A stretch of 63,419 bases of DNA, filler included, from Reclinomonas americana ATCC 50394 (lineage: Eukaryota), in assembly GCA_048213135.1 (NCBI GenBank). It is 17 parts of 17 records of this genome, joined end to end, with 100 filler letters (N's around TTAATTAATTAA, not from the genome) between each part and the next. Parts side by side here need not be neighbours in the genome. Positions count along the whole stretch, not along the records: positions 60,985 to 63,419 come from AFZH01023453.1; 16 more parts are not named here. One strand, 5' to 3'. The number at the start of each line of letters is the position of its first letter. Positions within the stretch are counted from its first letter, which is position 1. Of the stretch, positions 62,553-63,419 are shown in pieces. Made by a program: the position numbers and the translations under genes. The notes below the pieces were generated by a model. The model was not told the origin of the DNA and did no database searches. It saw only the letters and a program-made list of their open reading frames with translations.

Positions 62553-63419
62553 TCTCTACTCCGTGGTGTGAGTGTAGTGAGTGTGTGATTTTGCTCGCTC
62601 GGGATTGTCACTGCAGCTGGTTCCCGCCTTTCTTCTCCCGCCTTGGTCTGAGACGTCGTCCATCTCTCGCCAGGCTGCAGCCAGCAATCAACAGCAACCG
62701 GCAGTGTGAGCGACGTGGCTTCTTTGATGCGTGTGGGCTTTCGAAGACCGACATGGGACTCGTCGGTGAGATATCGGCAGAATGGACATGCTGGCGACAC
62801 AAGGTGGCGCTCCACTGCACCGAGCTGCTGTCCAGCGACACTCTCTTTCTACTGCCCTGCATTCTCTCTCAACAAGGATTGGAATGTCGGGCTGCTTGGA
62901 TGTGCCCTGTTGTGCAGATGCCACGGCATTTTCCCGAGAACCAATTGAGCGGCGAGTCTGCGAATCCTCAAGCCTCCTTGGATCGGCCCACAGCGAGGTT
63001 GATGATGGTACGACGAAGAAGGAGAGTCACAGGGGACAGGAGAGGAGCGACCAGTACAGTAGCACGTACACATCGATGGACGAGGCAGCTGCGTCGTGAG
63101 GCTCGTCTCCTCTCACCCAATCACAATCAATGCCGCGCGCCTTCAATCTCACTCACAGTCGGTCGGTGCATTATCTTATGCATGCATTGTGTGGCACGGA
63201 ACCACGTGTCTTCGCACGCCAGTCACTTGCCAACACGCCTGTGCTCAGATCACACACAGAACTGAGTTAGTCAATCTCCAAGTCTCACCAACTTACTCCT
63301 CAACGCAGATGCAGAACACACACGTACGCACCAGGCCACGTGCGCGTCTGCAGTCTTCCATGGCCAACACCATTATTACTTGGCGGCGACAGCAGCAATC
63401 AAGAAGCGCACATCATCGA

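Larger units (their letters stand above)
53552..63419 (-). repeat. Head-to-tail tandem array of at least 4 units of ~3 kb or more, each carrying one WD40 gene
   Basis: Homologous 3' flanks start at ~53552, 56759, 59272 and 60985 (partial). Homologous 5' flanks lie at 55400-56700, 58230-59200 and 62560-63419. Confidence 0.92.

Overview
This window is eukaryotic, from an intron-dense and probably flagellated protist (an AHI1/jouberin orthologue is present). It is not prokaryotic, so most ORFs in the supplied track are exon fragments or shadow frames. It consists of 17 contigs joined by an artificial 100-nt linker (N44-TTAATTAATTAA-N44). Several genes continue across linkers, so at least some contigs are in true scaffold order. 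Genes reconstructed by hand-splicing are: RasGEF, a MORN-repeat first exon, the eIF3a 5' end, a tandem-duplicated secreted 180-aa HExxH protein, a U-box protein end, a His/Ser/Pro-rich protein, a multi-thioredoxin PDI-like protein, a decayed RLE-type non-LTR retrotransposon, a large orphan gene, AHI1 with a huge Cys-rich insert, a long coiled-coil protein, a catalytically dead USP, a MIC13/Mic12-like mitochondrial protein, two TMEM260 paralogues flanking a universal stress protein, and a tandem array of at least 4 WD40 genes. There are three highlights. (1) The WD40 array has homogenised 42-aa repeats that are shuffled between paralogues and vary at HET-E-like surface positions, followed by an F-box/PRANC-like tail; it is a candidate diversifying recognition system. 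(2) An abundant class of 5' splice sites carries an extra U at +3 (GTTGCGT/GTTGAGT/GTTACGT). (3) One intron is a U2-like AT-AC intron. All gene models are manual and not validated by RNA data.
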